From the NCBI GenBank assembly GCA_015680685.1, contig MNCI01001687.1, positions 501,150 to 565,149 on the forward strand: a stretch of 64,000 bases of DNA. The letters are read 5' to 3'. The notes under the pieces are model-generated. The model searched no databases and was not told the DNA's origin. It saw only the letters and a program-made list of their open reading frames with translations. Positions 26,021 through 40,670 of the stretch are shown here, piece by piece; the first letter of the stretch is position 1, and each line of letters starts with the position of its first letter. The translations under genes were made by a program, and so were the position numbers. The stretch comes from Gnetum montanum. Taxonomy: Eukaryota > Plantae > Gnetophyta.

Positions 26021-28524
26021 AACTTTGTATAAACCAAAATTAAAACTTCATAATTCTCAAATAAAAAGAATCTTATAATAACCATGTCAACATTTCCTCA
26101 TGAACATAATAAAAAATTTCATAATTTTTAGCCTTTTAAACCAAACAATAGTTTACAACCAAAAACATGAAAATGATAGTTTACAACCAAAAACATGAAA
26201 ATCATAGTTTAGAGACAAAAAAATGAAATTGATAGTTCAAAACCAATATTTTTGTTTTTATTTTGAATTTCAAGCTTAGAAAAAAAATTTAACATAAAAC
26301 AAGGCCATAACCCAAGTTCAACAAAATTGCATGACAGCATCAAATTTGTAGAAAATGGCTACCATAAACAATTGATAAAAAATATTAATTTTTTTTAATT
26401 TGACTCAAATGACTTCTAAGCCATCCTGAACACTTCAAAAAATCCCTAAGAACTTGGGAAATTGATGGGAAAATGTTCCAAAGTGTCAACATTGACCATC
26501 TTTAGAGGGGTGAAGCCATAATAGCCCTAATACCTCATTTCACATAAGTTTTCAAAAAAAAGAAATCATAAAAAATTCACTACTTATCCAAATTTTATGA
26601 TTCCATATCCCTTGGAATTAGTAAACCATGAATTACAAACTAAAAATAAGAAAATACAAGAATATCCTTGCTTTTTAATAGAAAAAGTAATGCAAAAGTA
26701 ACCTAAATGTGACCATCATAGCCAAAACCCCATTTCACATGAGTTTATTGAAAAATTCACAAAATATTAACCACATATCAAAATTTGATGATGCTATAGT
26801 TGTTGGAATCCCTAAATGCTAAAATAAAAAGCCATGATCATAAAGCTAAAATCATTCCTTACCATTTAGTATAGAAAAATAGAAAATTTACACAAAAAAT
26901 AGCTATGAAACTAAAACCCACTTGACATATCCTCACAAAAACAACCTTAAAAAATTAACCATAAAATGGAATTGTGTTGTTCAAAAAACAAATCGATCTA
27001 AAAATAGTAATATTTAACCATATTTCCTAGTAAAATTAGAAGTACTAGCCATTTTTGTACAAAAAATTTCCAAATTGACATTTCTTTTTGAGAGGAAAAA
27101 AGCAGAAAATGCATAGAGTTCATGAAAACAACATTTAGACCATAGCTTAGACAAAAATAAAAACCCAAATAACACAAAAAACTCATAATCATGACTTATA
27201 TATATCCTAGGAATTTTATGGAATTCCAATCCAACCAACACACAAGCCTAGATCTAAGAAAACATAGAGGTTATAAGCTAGGAATGGAGAAAACTCTCAT
27301 GAAAAATGGTTAGAGCTATGTGCCTGGGATATGTAGATGTGGAGCCCTCTCCAATCAATGGGTGTGGGAGTTGAGAGAGGCCATGGGATATTTTTTCCAC
27401 ATCTTCTAGAGTATGGTTTCTGACAAGAGGCTTTCTTCTAAACATGATGGAAATTGATGAAAGAAGTTCAAAAAATCCTTAAGTTTTAGAAGCCTTGGAA
27501 TAGTCCTCTTTGTGGAAAAAGCTTCGACTACATTAAGGCTAAATGGTATAGGAAGCTAAAGTAGGCATAGAGATTCAATCTAAGGTGTAGTAGCTTGAAA
27601 TGATAAAATAAGAATGATTTTAACAAGCTTGAAACAAGAAACCAACCTTAAACCTAGGCACCTACTATAAAACCCTAGTTTTCATAAAGCACATAAACAA
27701 GTCCCAGTAAATGTACTGATGAAAATTAGAAAGTAAGACTACACTACATGAGTGAAAATCCATTCCATTCAAACTTTCTAATTTAATATGGACCCCACTA
27801 GGAACTTAAGAAATAGGCAAAGGAATACATACTATGTTGGGATTTGGACATCCCATGCTAACTATGTTGAGGTTTAGACCCTTAGGATCCTTGTCATAGA
27901 TACCAAATCCCATTTACTTTCAAAACCTAGATTCTTGTCCCACATCTATACTATAAAACCTCATTCTTAAGCTATGAAATTAAATGTCAACATGGGAGTA
28001 AACCAAGTTTTAAAAAAATATCAAAACTCATGACAAAATTTATTATCCTAGGTGACTATACTAACTTAAAGTCTAACTACCCTAGCCCAACATAGTCAAA
28101 TAGAATATAATTCTTTCCACCACCTCATAGTAGTCCATAAATGTTTTGCATTAATAAATTACACCTTGTGATCAAAATTAGTAGTATTTTTTTGAGATTA
28201 GAATTCACCAAGAAACGAAATAGCTTAAAATCTTCTTACAAACTAGGTTTTGTAGGTGAGTACACTGGCTAGAAGCATGACAATGTTGGCCTAGTAGAAT
28301 CAACAATGGAATAAAATTTGTTCCATTCACCAAGATTCCAACTGATACTAGAACATTTATGTCATGTTCCAAACCCTATAAAGAACTCCTAAAAACTCCA
28401 AAACTCCATGAAACTTACTAAATAATGCTACAAATTAGTCAAAACCTATGATTATGCTAAAGTGAGCCTAAGACTACATCGGCCCAACATAGTCATAGGA
28501 TATCCAAGTAGGATTTATCATAGA

Positions 28525-30425
28525 TGAAACACCACAACATTTCATCTTAGAAACTTTGAAAGAAGAATTACTCAAGCCCTTTTTGGCATTTAGGAGGCAA
28601 AACTTGACTAAGGCATGGAACTCACACCTAGCTTGTTTAAGCTAGCTTGCTCATGCAGTCAAGCTAGCTTGCTCTGAATGTGACCAACCCTGACAACTTC
28701 CAAATCAGGTCAAAACGGTCCTAATTTGAACAGGAAAGGCCCCCTCAGGGCCCATTGTTGGCCACCCCAATTTTCAGCATCCAAAATCCAAGATCTTAAT
28801 TCAAAATTGCATAAATCTTGCTACTCATGCTGAGGCCATGCCTAGGTCACGTTGGCAGCATGAGTCCAGCATGAGTCCAATGTGAGTAACTCAAAAAAGC
28901 CTTAAAATAGTGTTAAAATGGCCTGATTTCGAGAGTACAAGGCCCACTCAAAGTCCACTAATGATTTCTCCATGTCCTAGGCCTTAGAATTCTGATTTAA
29001 GGCTCAAAAATACTCCATTTTTAGTGCTCATGCCGAGGTCATGCTAGAGTCATGCCTAGCTCATGATGACAATGTGAGCCTAGCATGAGCTGACAAAATG
29101 ACCTAGATCAAGGGAAAAACAGGCTCAGACTCTACATGCAGATTGTCCCGAAGGCTAGGCAGTAGTCACATTTGAAAGACAAGTCTCAAAAAATCAAGTT
29201 TTTGTATGAAATGTACCATCTCAACTTGCTCACGTCTAGGTCACGCTGGGGTCATGTTGAGGTCACGTTGACAATGTGAGCCCAGCGTGAGCTACCAAGA
29301 GTGGCCCAAATCCAAGCATAGATAGACTCAAATTAAACATATAGGATGTCCTCTAGGTTAGGTAGTAGTTACAGTTCAGAAACAAGTCTTAAAGTTGAAA
29401 TTTTGACACAAAATGCATCATTTTTGGTCACGCATGCTGAGGTCACATTGAGGTCATGTTGAGGTCATGCTGGCAGCGTTAGTCTACCATGAGCATTAGT
29501 CACGACCCATGAAAAAGCACTTTAGAGACATGTTGAGGGCATGCCAGGACAAGATCAATGCACGCTGGCAACCATGGTGAAGCAAAACATTTTCAGCAGT
29601 AGCCAAGTCATAGATTCAGAAATTCCAAGCAAGCTAGAGGAAAATGCTCTTGTTGTACATTATTAGTCATTATAAAGTTTTCACATTTTTGAGATAGTCA
29701 AGCTCTTACGCTACAAATTGTACATGTGCATAAACTAGCTTGCACAAGATAAAATAGATTGTAAGATATAGTGTATCTGGTCTAGAACATAGTTTGCCTA
29801 TGTATACTTGTCACACGATCCATTTTTTGCTCATCTAATAAACATTGACCTCATTCACAAATCCTACTCTCAAGCCTAGAAAAATGTATAAATACCTTAT
29901 TCATTTTCATAAACAGGGTTGGAAATTTTGCAAAAGGATGACCTAAAGAGCATTGACTGAAAACCTTGGATGCTCAAGCGCATGCGATCCCTACCAGTTG
30001 AGCATCTAGAAATGCTTCATCCTTCATCTAGGGGCTTGACGCTTGACCTGCCATATACACATGTAGTTGCATTCTGATCGGTGCACTTTATTCTATAAAT
30101 CAATACAATACAATATTTTTCTTTCCATTATACTATTTACATTATTGTAGTTCATTGTTTTACATTTGCATCATTCTGGTCTATTCTTACATTACATCTA
30201 TGCTTCGTTTACATATTTGTGTTATGTTTGTTATGATAACCCCAATGCAAGCCATAGCTTATGCTTAGGGAAGTCCTTGTTTTATTTGTGTGTAGACCAT
30301 CTAGGGTACTCTACCTTCGTTTTTCCAGCTTGCCCTCATGTGAAGGCAAGGTCATCTATATCTCTCCGGAGATCTTTTGGCATTCATTTTCCTCCTTCCT
30401 TATGTCGATGATTTCAAATGGTATA
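28525..30425 (+). mobile_element. Solo LTR S2
   Basis: TGAAACACCAC...GGTATA (CA>TA); perfect TSD ATAGA (28520-24 / 30426-30); TATAAATACC ~29887. Confidence 0.88.
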
Positions 30426-32458
30426 ATAGAAATAATAATAAACCTTCAAAACATCATTTCATAACATCTACACCTTCCAAAGACTCTTGATGATCCTAGA
30501 TTGTCAACCCAAGAAGCCAAAAATCATAAAAAATAGAGTTTCCAATGTCAACTACAATGAGTATTGCATGCCTATGCTAGGCCAACATAGTGATTAGTAG
30601 AGCCCAACATTGTCCACATGGGAAACCAAAAAATAGATCATAAATAGATCAAATTAACTTTCAAAAAATCCCAGAATCCTAATAGAGCCTATGGAGACCA
30701 CAAAACCCTTGAAATCAAGTCAAAACTCATAACATTTTGTCACAAACCTCTTAAATAAGCTAAGGCTTACATGCCTATGCTAGGACAATATAGTCAAGAG
30801 GTATATGGCTTCTCTAGGATTCAAGCAACCATAAGAACTAACAATTTCAATGCTAAAAGCATAGCTCACAATAGTAGTAACCCTAGAAATCCATGAGCAC
30901 GGTCAATTGCTCATGGAAACTGACTTGGAATCAGGATTTATTCATGACTACACTAGGGAAGCTTGTGACTATGTAGTGTAGGGAAAGTGTTTTCATGGTT
31001 CTACGATAGCTAGATTGACAACTCATAATCTAGAATGGCATAAAACATGATTGAAGATGCTTGAAATCTTGGGACCTAGGAATTGATCATATTTTAACAT
31101 TATTTAATCAAGAAAATTTTAAACCTTTTCTTCACTATGGTGAGGTAACGTGTGACTACACTAGCCTAGCATAGTCCTAGTGTAGATATGTTAGGTTGAC
31201 TAGCATCATATCACTTTAAACAACCTAAAGCCTAGATTGGAAAAACCACTCTACTCAAATTCATCAAACTACAATCCAACTTTGGTTCAGTGATGAAAAT
31301 ACCAAATTTCTATCAACTACAGTAAAGCGATGCATGACTACTTTAGCCTAGCATAGTCTAGTGAAAGATCCTAGCAAAATCACTTTTGTTGATCAATTTT
31401 GACTACCAAATGATAAATTCAGATCTTCCAAGAGCCTACACTACCCTAGGAAGCTCATGGAGCACTCATTCAAATCCTAAAACCTCATGTGTTTTTCTAT
31501 TTCATTTGTGTACATTGGGACCTAACTTAACTATCATGGCCCAATGTAGTTACCAATGGAAACATCATTTTCAACTTCCACAAGGTGAAAACATAGTCAA
31601 AATGCACTAGTCTTTAATTCCAACCCATTGTGCTAGCTTTGTGGAGCATGAGGAGTTTAAAATTAATCATATTAAACTTGCGAAACTATCCATCAATGTT
31701 AACTATGTTGGGGAATGCATGACTCTGTTGGGCTAGCCTAGTCACTAGTAAAGCCTAGCATAATCACAAGAAAAGATATTAGTTTTGTTCTAAAATAGCC
31801 CCAAAACAACCTTATCATATGTCCAAACTTCCATGACAACCCTATAGCCTTATACAATGTCTTGATATGGCCTAAAACTAGCAAAATCTAACCCGTTTAA
31901 CAAATATTGATCATGTTTTAACACATGTATTCCACTTTGACTAATTTAAGCTTGTTCCATGATGTTTCAACTTATTTTGATCTTGTTATGCATTCTTGGC
32001 CTTTATTACAATTAGTTTCAATCATGTAGCCTCTACATAACTTCAATTTCATCATATTAACATTGGTATCTCTATTATAACCTTTGTTTTCCTTTGTTAG
32101 CCTTTGATTGGTGTTATGGGATGGGGTTTGATCTTCTTTGGCCATCATTTGATATCATGTAACCATGGCTTGCCAAGGCCTTAAACTAGTAACATGGTCT
32201 AAAAAGGCCTAAAATTGGAAAAATGTAACTTTAGTTGATAACTTTTTACCTTATTTTTCATATTTTCATTATGCTTCAACTTCTTTTGACCTTGTTTGAC
32301 CTTTATTTGAATTTTGTGCCATCTTATTTTTCTTCTTCTATATCTTATAACCTTGGATGAACTCATTTGAATTTTGTTTGATATTAAAATAACATGTGTT
32401 TGCCTAGTTACTAAGATATTTTATATCATTTTGGAATTAGTTACTCATTTTTGCCTAG

Positions 32459-32855
32459 GTGGCACTTAATGTACTTATGGTGGACATGCAAGACTAAAGT
32501 ATCAGTACTTGGGAGCAAACCAGTATGCCTTTGAGCCTAAGTGGATCCCACAATAATATTGAATGATGTATTGATCATTTTCCTAGATCTTAAGCTTGAA
32601 ATTCTCATCACCTACATAGATTCTATAGACAAAACTCTATAATAGCTTGAAAACCTTGACAAAACACTTGATCTTGATGGTAGCAACATTACTAAAGACC
32701 TTCTAGTTGAGAATCTTGTCATGACATACAACGGTAAGGAGAAAACCCTAAAACTAATTTTCTCATTGGAATTTCAATAGGCTCAACACATCACCAAGAT
32801 CTTAAAAGGCAACATTAAGGCCTATGCTTAATCATATGAAAATATGTTAGGTCTA
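32459..32855 (+). pseudogene. pol: Pre-RT portion of A pol, interrupted by C
   Basis: Ends KAYA*SYENMLGL, which continues as DPHVVQHNIIL at 52211. Confidence 0.8.
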
Positions 32856-34782
32856 TGTGATGTCTAAAAACGTCAATGGTTGGAACACCAACAGATCAAT
32901 GTGCATATAGCCTAATATTGAATCTATGTGAGGGCCATGTTGGGAAATGGAAATGAGGTTCCCTAAATGGTTTGGTTGATTAGACAGGGACTTATGTGGT
33001 GTTAGAATGACCATATGTAAGAAGGGTTTATACTACATTACACATGGATACTGAGATTGGCTAAGCTAGAGTGTAGCAGGGTGTCTCGGCTTGAAAGCAA
33101 CAATGTGAATGTGTAAATATGTATCAAACAATATAATGATGTGAGATTTATGCTTCATATCAAAGAAAAATGCTTGAAAAAGAAATGTAATAGAGCTTAA
33201 GAACAAAGAAATGCACTGCCCCAAAAATGGGGAGTGTAACTTTTGCTAGATAAGAGGTGAGAATGGTATGCAATGTTAGGCAGGCATAGTTGTAGCATAG
33301 CAATGTAGTCACTGTCTCTAGGATGCCTAGGATGTGGTGCTAATAGCTACAATGGAGACTGAACCTATTAGGTTGGCTATTGTTGTATTCTACGAGTGCA
33401 ATGGTGGAATATGTTTTGGGAGGTGCCAAGGTGTGAAGCTCAGATGCTTAGATTCAAGAGTGTCGGGGATGCTCAGATAGCTAAAACACTCAATGGTCTT
33501 TTGATTTGCCAACCCTTAAAGTGCTAAACATCGGGGTATTTATAAGAATAGGTTTAGTGCAAATTGCAGATCAGGTGTCACGTAGCATAAGTGCCACATG
33601 ACATGAGTGTAGATGGGGTTATGCTGACATGTTGTGCTCTCATTAGAGTAACAAAAGTGTTATGCTCTAAAGGATAGCAATGGGTTCCTAGAGACTGCTA
33701 AACGATGACCGCACTACCTGAACTATGTGTGCCAAAGTTTGAGAGACTAGAATGTACCTACAAATAGGGAAAAATAATGCAACTTGGAAGCTACATTGTT
33801 GGACTATGTCTTCCCCTCTTTCAAGTAGGGTCAAGTGTCGGGACAATGTTGGAAACCAATGAGGGATGCAAAAGAAATGAAAACTATTAATCTTGGTTGC
33901 TGGAGGAATGTTAGAGCTAAGATGAAGGCTGATGATGAGTTTTGAATGCTTTTGGAGAATATCGGAGGGTTTTCTCTAGTGTCAAGCTAGCTACGCTTTA
34001 GAGCGTAACACAACATTTAGTGAAAATTTGCAAAATGTTGATGTTTCACACTAGTCATGCTAGCTACATTGAGGAGCATAGCAAAGTGTAGCAAGGAAAC
34101 TTAAATTTTGATAAAATATTTAGTCTTCCTTCATGGTACGCTAGCTATGCTTTGGAGTTTAGTAGGAGAGGTAGTCGTGGAAGTTAGGAAATGTGTCAAA
34201 TGTGTCTTCCATGTTAAGAAAGCTTTACAAATCCTTGTCAAACACTTCGGAAAATTTGAGTACTAGAACCTGTGTCATTCTTGCTATGTTGTGGAGCGTA
34301 GTAGAGCCTAGCAACCCAAGAGATAGAAAAGTTGTCAAACTATTTTTTCCATCCTAACCAATTTTGACAACCTTTAGCCTAGTACTTGGGTGAACTAGCT
34401 ACTAGCACATGTGTCAAGCTAGATATACAAGGGAGTGTAGCAAGCATGATGAGCCAGTAGATAAAAAATTTTCCAAGTTATTTTGTCCATCCCAAGCAAT
34501 CCATGACCACTTCTAGCTTGACACTTAGGAAAACTAGCCATGAAAGTATGTGCTATGCTAGCTATGCTAGGGAGTGTAGTAGGTAGACTAAAATAATAGT
34601 AGGATACTTAGAAAATTTTCATGCAATTTCTATTAACACTTAGAAAAACCTTGCAAAATAGGCCTCAATGTGTGCTACGTTGAAGAGTGTAACACCGAAA
34701 CTCAGAAAAAAAAATTTCAAGTTTTGACGCTTAGACAAATTTTCTGTTGAAGATGTAGAAGCCTAAAATTGGTGATGTTTCA
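32856..34782 (-). repeat. 3' LTR of C
   Basis: TGTGA...GTTTCA on +; colinear with 50277-52205. Confidence 0.92.
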
Positions 34783-36394
34783 TTCATGCATCTTTGTTGA
34801 CATCTGGTAGACTGGCCTGAGAGACATCAACAAACAATACGAAACCCCATAGTGAACATGACATCAACACTACTTGTCATTGCCTGATTAGACAATGCTT
34901 CACCATGCTTGAGAGTGTTAAAGAAATGAAGTACAATAGGGAATAAGTTAGGGAGATGGATCAAGGGACAACAAATGGGGATGATGTACATTATACATGT
35001 GGTTGTAGGATGCAACATTATGATGGCTTGTCACCAAAGCATGGTCCCTCATTGGAGTGCTTGTGAGGGAGTCAACATGTGGAGATGACCTACCCTTAGG
35101 ATTTCAACCTCTCATTGCCGTGCTTGTGAGATGGTCAATCTAGGGTTAGACTAGTTGCAAAATGGAAACTATGCTATTTTACTTACGCACTTTTTTCATC
35201 CCATTTTTCTTTTGCTCTTGATTCCATATATTTTTGTCTTTCTCTTTTCTTTCTTGTTTTTTGCTTTCTTGTTTCTTTTTCATTTTCTTTTCATGATTTT
35301 GTTTTTATGTTTTGTGCTACTGAGCAAACTGCATGTTTCTTAGCAAAATTTGCAACCATTTTACATCTATAGGATAGGTGTTTCTTTCCCAATATGAGTT
35401 TTGTTACATTTTCTTAGGGCTTTAACTAGCCCAAAAAAACTCTCCATGAGACGAGTTGTGTTACATCCATCATGGGTTCTATGGTTGACTATAGGAAAGG
35501 TACCATGTGCATCAGAGAACCTTTTAAGGATTGTAGGAAGATGTAAGATCAAGAAGTAGAGGTGAATTAACTATAGAGGGGTAGTAGGGATGTGCACTCT
35601 TGAGTAACTTGGTGAGCCAAAATAGACACATCAAAGTAGTGTGATGACTTGCCACCATGATGAAGCACATCCTTGAGTGATGTCATTGAGGCTTCATCCT
35701 GAAAATGCAATACAAAGAAAACAAGAAAAAGATAACCACATCATTTGAGATAAAGGCGAAGTCCTATTTATAATGGCACTGCAAGGATCATGAGTGCTAT
35801 GTTAGTTGCAAGTGCATGCAGTGTCTAAAGAAGGAAGGCCAGTGTGGGCACTAGTGGTAGTAGGCTATGAAAGCTCCAGCAACCACAACAAAAGTGAGCA
35901 TCCAAGTGGTTACAAGCATTGGTAGTGTAGGTGCTCATGAGTTCTCACCAAAGACAAGAGCTAGGAAACCCAGCAACATGGCAGAGAATTACACTATTGG
36001 ATGCTCTTCTAAGCTCATGTAATGGTGAGGGTCAGAGGATGGTAGTGCTATGGCTAGGCCACAATACCTTTGGTTCTTCAGTAAGTGATGCTACTAGTGA
36101 GAACTCTGACAAAGATGATTGGTGATGGTAACGGTAGCTCCAAAAGGTTAGCAAGATGTCAAAAGGCATCTCTAGAAGATCAACAAGATGTCGAGGACAT
36201 TGACACCGCAAATGATCCAAAGGGTTTTTCTTTGACAACATGAAATTCATTCTAGAACTACAATGTCCCACCCCATCCTATCTAGGAGGTGTTGATAGGT
36301 AACAGAGGATTGGAAGTATTCATGCTTGCTTGTCCACAAAACTATGTGTGTTGAACTATGGGTATTGAACTATGAATCCAATTTTAGGTCTTTG

Positions 36395-36685
36395 TAGACC
36401 ACATGCTATACTAGTTTAAGGTCCCAGTAGATCGTGAACTTAGTTTAAGGTTTGAGAAAACTGTGATGTGCTAGTTTAAGGTCCTAGTAGACCACTATGC
36501 TAGTTTAATGTCATAACAGATGGTGAATGGCTAGTTTAAGATCATAGTGGAGCATGTTGTGGGTGCCAGTTTAACGTCATCACCTAGGTACATTTTGTGC
36601 TAGTTTAACATCATAGAAAATGTGTTGTGCGAGTTTAACACCATAGTAGATGTGTTGTGCTAGTTTAATGGCATAGCAGACATGC
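36395..36685. repeat. ~29 bp tandem array just downstream of C's integrase
   Basis: About 9 units with core CTAGTTTAA(GG/C)..CATAGTAGA. Confidence 0.85.
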
Positions 36686-36721
36686 ACTTACCTTACTTTG
36701 TCATCAGAACAACACTATGTA

Positions 36722-39700
36722 CTAGGCATAGTATGGCTTCAAGTACAAGTGGTTAATTGGATTAGCAAACTTATTACCATCTAGATTAGCAAGCTTGAAT
36801 GCTCCATTTTCATAGGCCTTTATAACCAATAAAGGCCCTTCCCAATTAGCTAAGAATTTGTCTATGGGCTCATGAATGACATTGAGGACTAGGTCCCCTT
36901 TCTTGATTAGGCATTGATGTTGATTATGATGGTTCTTTTGCCTTTGATTTTCCTGGTACCACTTGATGTGATCAAGTGTTTGCATGCACTCCTTCTCTAT
37001 AGAGTCGAGGTTAATGATTCTCAACTTGTTATTCTAAACCTCATCAATGAAGGTCAAGAGTATCATATAAAGTGATGGGACCTATAGTTCAAGAGGCAAC
37101 ATTACTTTATATCTATACATAAGACTATATGGTGTCTTACCTTTTCTTGTTTTGCATATCATATGATAGGCTGATAACATGTAGACAAGTTGTTCATGCC
37201 ATTGTTGCTTTCTGTTACTAAGCATTCTCTTTATAATATTGATGATGAATTTCTTCGTAATGATGATGACTTTCTTCATAGCCTCTACTTGGTCATTCAC
37301 CTATGTGTAGTATGGTGATGAAAAGGAATTTTTAATGCCAAGGTGTTCATAGAAGGCTTTAGTTTCTGCACTACTAAATTGTGGTCCATTGTTTGTTACT
37401 ATAGTCATGGGTAGACCAAATTAGGTTACTATGTTGTCTAGGATGAATTTGTAGACTTGTTGTGATGTTGTATTCCTAAGGGGAATGGCTTCAATCCACT
37501 TGGTAAAGTATTTAATTGTAGTTATGATGAAGCTATGTCCTATGAAAGACCTAGGCCTTATAGGTCCTACGATATCTAATTCCCAACATTCAAATGGCCA
37601 TGTCATCTATGTAGCATGTATTTCAGTGGGTGGCACATGCATTAGGTTACCATTTCGCTAACACACGTCACATGTTCTGACCTTGGAAATGCAATCGTGC
37701 TCCATGTAAGGCCAATAGTAGCCTAGACATCTAATTTTTACTAGCATTGCCTTGGGGGCTATGTGGCCTCTGCATAGTCCCTCATGGACTTGATCAACGA
37801 TCATTTGTACTTCACCAATGCTAACATAAGTTAATAGTATTTCATCATAGGATCTACAACATAAGGTGCTATCACCTACAAGGATGTACTACCATGATCA
37901 CTTTCATACTACAGTTTTTTGGGTAAAGGTCAAATTTTGCAGAGGCTCTCCCTACTGGAGGTATCTCTAAATATCATCATACCACTCTTGGATGTCAGCT
38001 GTGCTTGTCACATCTATGGATGCAGTGCTTGTTGTTTGAGTTATAAGTTCGATGTAATCCACTATTGAAGAGGGAAATGTAGAAAACATGTTTGGCATTA
38101 TGCCTAAGGTTAAAGTTACTAATGCATCAAAAATGGCATTTTTGTTATAAGGAATGTGTTGGGCATCTATAGTTACAAATTATTTAAGCAAGTGTTTTGC
38201 CAAATCATAGTAAGGTTGTAAATGTTATGCCTCACAAGAATAAACCTCTATAAATTGGTTGATAAAAGTTTGAAAATCACCTATTATTACTATGTTTTAA
38301 ATTCCTAAATCATGAGATGTTAAGAAATCTCTAAGGAGACCTTCATACTCTACTATGTTGTTTGTACAAGGAAACACAAAGTGATACAAGAAGGGTCAAA
38401 TATCCTCAAAGGGAAACGTGATAATGGCAATAGGACTACCATCTTGAGTGGTTGAAGCACCATCAAAGTAAAATACTATCTCAAAATCTACAAGCCCTTT
38501 TCTTATACTATTGACATGATCATTCAAAAATTCTGAATCTATTATTGATTGATCATCTATGGGCAAATTTGTAAGTTGTGCGGAAATTGGTTGACCTTTT
38601 ATGGATGCTTATGCTATGTAGTATACGTTAAACTCTAAGGTTATTGCCTTCCATCATGCAATTCAACTACTTTCATGCATTTTCATAGTAATTTCCTAGA
38701 GTACATTGCTTTTCCAAATAATGTTAACCTAACTATGGAAGAGATAGTATCTCCATTTTTTGAGTGCAAAGGCTAAGATGAGACAGTTCTTCTATACATC
38801 ATTGTATTTCACCTCATGGGCCACTAGCACATGGCTTAAGTAGTAAACAATGACCTCTAAGCCATTGGCTCACTTTTGGCAAAGCAAAGAAGCAATGGAT
38901 GTGTCTGAGGTTGCAAGGTAAATGTAGAATGGATTATCCCCTTGCAAAGGGTAGACTATTGGAAGTTGACCCAGCTTCTTTATGATGTTGTCAAATGCCT
39001 CTTAGAATTGAGTTGTCCACTTGAAGTGGATCCCCTTTTTCAGCAAATGTTGCATTGGTTGCAAATTATCGGTCAACTTGGTGATAAACCTATGTATAAA
39101 TTGTAATCTTCCTTGTAACCCATGTAGCTCCTTAAGGTTTGCTAGTGATGCTAATTTGGTGATAGCATTAACCATATTATGATTGGCATGTATACTTGCT
39201 TCAAATACTACAAATCCTAGCATGTGATCGGTTTTCACACCAAAGACATACTTTTTGGGGTTTAGCCTAAGGTCATGTCTAAGGAAATGTTTGAGAACAC
39301 AGTCAAAGTCATCTGCATGGTCTTGAACTAACTTGGACTTAACTACTATATCATCAACATAGTCATTAAGTAAGTCTAGTAGATAATCACTAAAGATATA
39401 TGTCAATGTGCATTGGTAGGTTGCTCCTACATTATTTAGTCTAAAGGGCATCATTGTATGGCAAAACATACTGTAGGGGGTCATGAAGGTTGTGTTGAGC
39501 TAGTGCTCTAGGTTGATCCAAATTTGGTTGTACCCGAAGAACCCATACATAAAGGATAACAAGGCATGACCAACCATAGTATTGATGAGTGAGTTAATAC
39601 TAGGCAATGGAAAATCATCTTTGATGATCATCTTTTTTAGGTCCTAAAAGTCTATGGAAATGTGTGTACTTCTATTTTTCTTAAGGACAACTATGGTGCT

Positions 39701-40257
39701 TGAAACCCAGTCAATGTAGTCAACTGTCCAAATAAAATTAACTTTGTAAAGCTTAGTGATTTCATCGCAAACTACCAATGCCACCTTTGGTTTGACTTTT
39801 CAAGCTTTCTATTTAACTAGTTTTATGCAAGGATCAAGGATAATCTTATATTATATTATGCGAGGGTCCAAGCCTGGCATGTTCTCATAGTACCATGCGA
39901 ACACTTTAACGTTATCATTGAGAATTTTAGAGATTCTTTTTTGATTTGAGGCTCTATCAAGGAACTAAGTTTCAATGTCTTCACCTCACCTTTACATGTT
40001 ACTATAGAGACTTCAACGAGAGGGTCCTTGGTTATATCACCTTCCTCTATTTCTAGAGATCTAAGTAGATGGTCTAGCTAGTCTATAGATGTCTCTATAA
40101 ATGTTATGTTTGTGTCATAAGTCATAGGCTCATAGTATATGAGCTCAATGTTTACGCATCTCATGAAATCACCATAGGGTCCAATTAAGACCAAGGATGA
40201 ATGAAGATGCTTGTATACATTCATTCTGCAATCCCTCCAAAAACCATGTAAAAAAAC
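36722..40257 (-). pseudogene. pol: Decayed RT-RNaseH-aRNaseH-integrase of C
   Basis: LNDYVDDIVVK; FYFDGAS...CTNNIVEYEGLL (aRH); VHEGLCRGH; WPFECWELDIVGP; KWIEAIPL; NWEGP; NPINHLYLKPYYA*. Confidence 0.95.
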
Positions 40258-40656
40258 CTAAAAAATGTCAAGCGGAACCTATCTTAATAAGATAACATGC
40301 ATCAAATAAGAAAGAAAATGTTATGAAAATTTGCTTAACAATGTAGTTATTGGATCAAATAAGAAAGTATATAAAGTAATTTTGGAGCCTCAATTGGCAA
40401 TAAAGTTGCCAGTTTAAGGTCATAGAAGATCATGGTTTATGTGGGAAACATTGATTTAAGTAAGGCTTGGAAGGCTTTATATTTGGAGCTAAGTTGGATG
40501 TTTATTAGGTAATTAGAAAAAATGTAAACAATTTTCTAAAAGAATGCTAAAAAAGTTTGAAAATATTTGTAACTCTAGGTGCTACACTCATCTTGTCTTA
40601 TGCATGGAACATGGGATAGGCCCTAGGAGGGTGATGTGTCCTTCAATTTGGAAGGG

Positions 40657-40670
40657 TATAAATAGGGTTT
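40657..40670 (+). promoter_or_regulatory. Candidate promoter (TATA + telo-box) of C's antisense gene
   Basis: TATAAATAGGGTTT upstream of the antisense exons. AAACCCTA occurs at the analogous position in A (~27670). Confidence 0.35.

Noticed and set aside
35155-35343. Hydrophobic env-like/membrane ORFs (also 44224, 57344, 22292)
   Set aside because: Translations of T-rich UTR, intron or LTR sequence.
36395-36685. CRISPR-like array
   Set aside because: Eukaryotic TE context, degenerate tandem units, no unique spacers and no cas genes.
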